Shown here piece by piece: positions 61,946 through 64,000 of a stretch of 64,000 nucleotides of DNA (positions are counted from its first letter, which is position 1; every line of letters begins with the position of its first letter). A program made the translations under genes and the position numbers. The stretch covers positions 352,001 through 416,000 of the forward strand of contig CAVZRV010000007.1 of the NCBI GenBank assembly GCA_963777605.1. The letters are read 5' to 3'. This stretch comes from an uncultured Acidobacteriota bacterium. Lineage in GTDB: Bacteria; Acidobacteriota; UBA6911; RPQK01; JAPXNP01. The notes below the pieces were generated by a model that saw nothing but the letters and a program-made list of their open reading frames with translations, ran no database searches and was not told the origin of the DNA.

Positions 61946-63322
61946 ATGCCGGAATTCAACCTCTTCGAAAACGGAATCACAAGGCTCCGGGCCGAAATTT
62001 CGGCGGGGCACATCAGTGCGGAGGTTGTGGCCACCTCCTTTCTAGAAAGGATCCACCGATTCGATCCGATCTTCAACTCATTTATCGAGGTGAATGAGGA
62101 AATCCTGACTCAAGCAAGGGAGATCCACACCGACGACCCCCGACCTCTGGCCGGAATCCCGATTTCGATCAAGGACTTGATCCTGACCCGGGACCTGCCC
62201 ACGACAGGGGGATCCAAAGCACCGCTGCCTATTCCGCAAAACGGGCGGGATGCACGAGTTGTTCGCGCACTCCGCAATGCCGGGGCGCTCATCATCGGGA
62301 AAACCAGTCTCCACGAGTTTGCCTTTGGGGTCACGAATGAGAATGCCCATTTCGGACCGGTTCGCAATCCCTGGAACCCGGAACGCGTTTCCGGAGGATC
62401 CAGTGGTGGGTCAGCGGCATCGGTGGCACTTCGAATGTCTGCGGGTTCCATCGGTACCGACACCAGGGGATCAATTCGCATTCCCGCTTCGTGCTGTGGA
62501 GTCTGCGGCTTCAAGCCCACGCGAGGAGTCGTTTCAACCGCCGGCGCAGTGCCTCTCAGCTGGACCCTTGATCACGTCGGCCCCCTCGCTCCCAGCGTCG
62601 ATGACTTGAAGATCCTCTTCGACGTGATCCGAAGGAGAAGGACTGTCGCGCAAGCGCCGGCAAAGGAACCTTCGGCCTTCCGCCTGGCTACAATTCCGTA
62701 CTACCAGGAGCGGATCGACCCTCAGGTTCTACGGGCCGTGAAGTCGGCTATCGACGTCTTCCGCTCCGAAGGACATGAAGTCATAGAAATTGAACTCCCG
62801 GGTTTGAGAGAAGTCGTGGACGCATCGGACGTCATCTCCCGGGCCGAAGCAGTCACGGTTCACAACGAAGGACTGACCCGGTGGCCCGAGCTTTATGATC
62901 CCGGAGTGAGGGAACGCCTCAGCACCGGATATCAGCTCTCGGCGATGGAGCTGGTCCGAGCGGAGCGACGGCGCGTCGCCTTGACCTCGTCTTTCCAGAC
63001 CGTCTTCCGCAAGGCTGACTGCTTCGTCGCGCCGGCGCTCCCGGTCGTCGCGCCGCCAATCGGAACAACGTCGGTGGTAATCGGCGAAAAACAGGAGAAC
63101 CTCGTCACCTGCTTCGTCCGGCTGATGGCGATTCAAAACATGGCAGGCCTTCCCGCACTCTGCCTGCCCTGCGGGTTCAGCTCCGACAACATGCCGATAG
63201 GAATGCAGTTGATCGGTCCAAGGGGAGCGGATGATGCCATCCTCTCTCTCGGTGCCCGTTTTCAGCAACTGACTTCATGGCAACGGCGCGTCCCGACTGA
63301 ACTGCGGGAGAGGCTGAGTTGA
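61946..63322 (+). CDS. Amidase signature family (GatA-like) enzyme
   Basis: PISIKD, GGSSGGSAA, GTDTRGSIRIPA and GFKPT. Confidence 0.93.
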   Translation: MPEFNLFENGITRLRAEISAGHISAEVVATSFLERIHRFDPIFNSFIEVNEEILTQAREIHTDDPRPLAGIPISIKDLILTRDLPTTGGSKAPLPIPQNGRDARVVRALRNAGALIIGKTSLHEFAFGVTNENAHFGPVRNPWNPERVSGGSSGGSAASVALRMSAGSIGTDTRGSIRIPASCCGVCGFKPTRGVVSTAGAVPLSWTLDHVGPLAPSVDDLKILFDVIRRRRTVAQAPAKEPSAFRLATIPYYQERIDPQVLRAVKSAIDVFRSEGHEVIEIELPGLREVVDASDVISRAEAVTVHNEGLTRWPELYDPGVRERLSTGYQLSAMELVRAERRRVALTSSFQTVFRKADCFVAPALPVVAPPIGTTSVVIGEKQENLVTCFVRLMAIQNMAGLPALCLPCGFSSDNMPIGMQLIGPRGADDAILSLGARFQQLTSWQRRVPTELRERLS

Positions 63323-63459
63323 AACTTCAAAAGCCGGAGACAGGAGACCGACACAGAGCCGGGGTTGAGGCGCAGCCGCGGCCCCGGGTTCGTCGAGCGA
63401 AGGTTCACACTCTGAATGATCCGGCAGCGGCCGGGGGCCCGGCTGAGTTGAAACTTCAA
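63312..63459 (+). repeat. 19-bp direct repeat flanking 110 bp at the amidase 3' end
   Basis: GGCTGAGTTGAAACTTCAA at 63312-63330 and 63441-63459. Confidence 0.85.
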
Positions 63460-63614
63460 TTTGGATGAACTGGAAATTCTGGATGATTTGGACGCGTCTG
63501 GATGGGGATTGAGGCGATCGGTGAAGAGCCAGGGACGCGATTATCGGCTGGATCCTGGTTCCTGGTCCGGCGCCAGACGTGGATGAGTGATGATCACGGG
63601 ATCGGCGCCGGGCT

Positions 63615-63700
63615 GGCCCCTGAAGGGGGCCTGTTTCCAGCCCAGGCATTTGCCTGGGTTTACGGTTCCACCCATCAAGAATCCAGCCCTGAAAGGGCTG
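63615..63700. repeat. REP-like hairpin cluster
   Basis: GGCCCC-TGAAG-GGGGCC (63615), AGCCCAGGC-ATTT-GCCTGGGTT (63639) and CAGCCCT-GAA-AGGGCTG (63684). Confidence 0.65.
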
Positions 63701-63768
63701 CACAGCTCTCCGGACGTGAAGAATCGGCGCGACCTTACAGGCCGCGATCGCAATGCCGGGACCACAGA

Positions 63769-64000
63769 GGGGCTGTATCAAAAGTCCCCCTCCTCAAAGC
63801 GTCAAGCAAGGTCAGAATTGTCACCTAAGTATAATAAAATGATAGGGTAACGAAGATTTTGGAGGTGTTTTCGTGCCCTTTCGTCCCAACCATCAAAAGC
63901 AGTTGCTGCTCCTGCCGCCCGACCTGGAATCGATGGTCCCGGAGAAGGATCTGGTGCGGGTGGTGGACGAATTTGTGGAGACCCTGCCGAGGCGGATGAT
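63769..64000 (+). mobile_element. IS1182-family insertion sequence, left end (continues beyond the window)
   Basis: Candidate IR GGGGCTGTATCAAAAGTCCCC, TATAAT at 63830, RBS GGAGG at 63861, then the transposase start. Confidence 0.75.
63873..64000 (+). CDS. IS1182-family transposase, N-terminal fragment
   Basis: GTG start gives MPFRPNHQKQLLLLPPDLESMVPEKDLVRVVDEFVETL, resembling the Q..LLP..L...IP..H.VR.VDE.VE N-terminus of this family. Confidence 0.78.
   Translation, partial: MPFRPNHQKQLLLLPPDLESMVPEKDLVRVVDEFVETLPRRM

Noticed and set aside
63312-63459. Possible CRISPR repeats (GTTGAAAC resembles a repeat 3' end)
   Set aside because: Only two 19-bp copies, a 110-bp spacer, one copy inside a coding end, and no cas genes in the window

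Overview
GC-rich bacterial chromosome segment, most consistent with Acidobacteriota (inferred from gene repertoire: CRTAC1/ASPIC-UnbV, TonB, YtxH pair, CsgG-like, large NAD-GDH). It is mostly core or housekeeping: fabH, thiD, nth, rlmD, trmL, the rplU-rpmA-obg-nadD-rsfS-rlmH-dksA-comF run, trkAH and a peptide ABC transporter. An IS1182-type element and a REP-like hairpin cluster sit at the right edge. No rRNA, tRNA or CRISPR array was found. Main results not shown by the ORF track: (1) two secreted genes are interrupted by an in-frame TGA at a Cys-equivalent position, each followed by a SECIS-like hairpin. These are a UshA-like C-G-U protein (2381-3277) and a thioredoxin-fold SPT-U-GHC protein (25172-25732), both probable selenoproteins. 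(2) LspA (signal peptidase II) and LolA are encoded as one uninterrupted ORF. (3) Three genes carry a +1 frameshift at or next to a TCGA tetramer, which suggests methylation-linked sequencing errors and makes the apparent SBP-permease fusion an artefact. (4) Several catalytically degenerate proteins and gene-end duplications are present. All family calls come from motif recognition by eye; no database searches were run.
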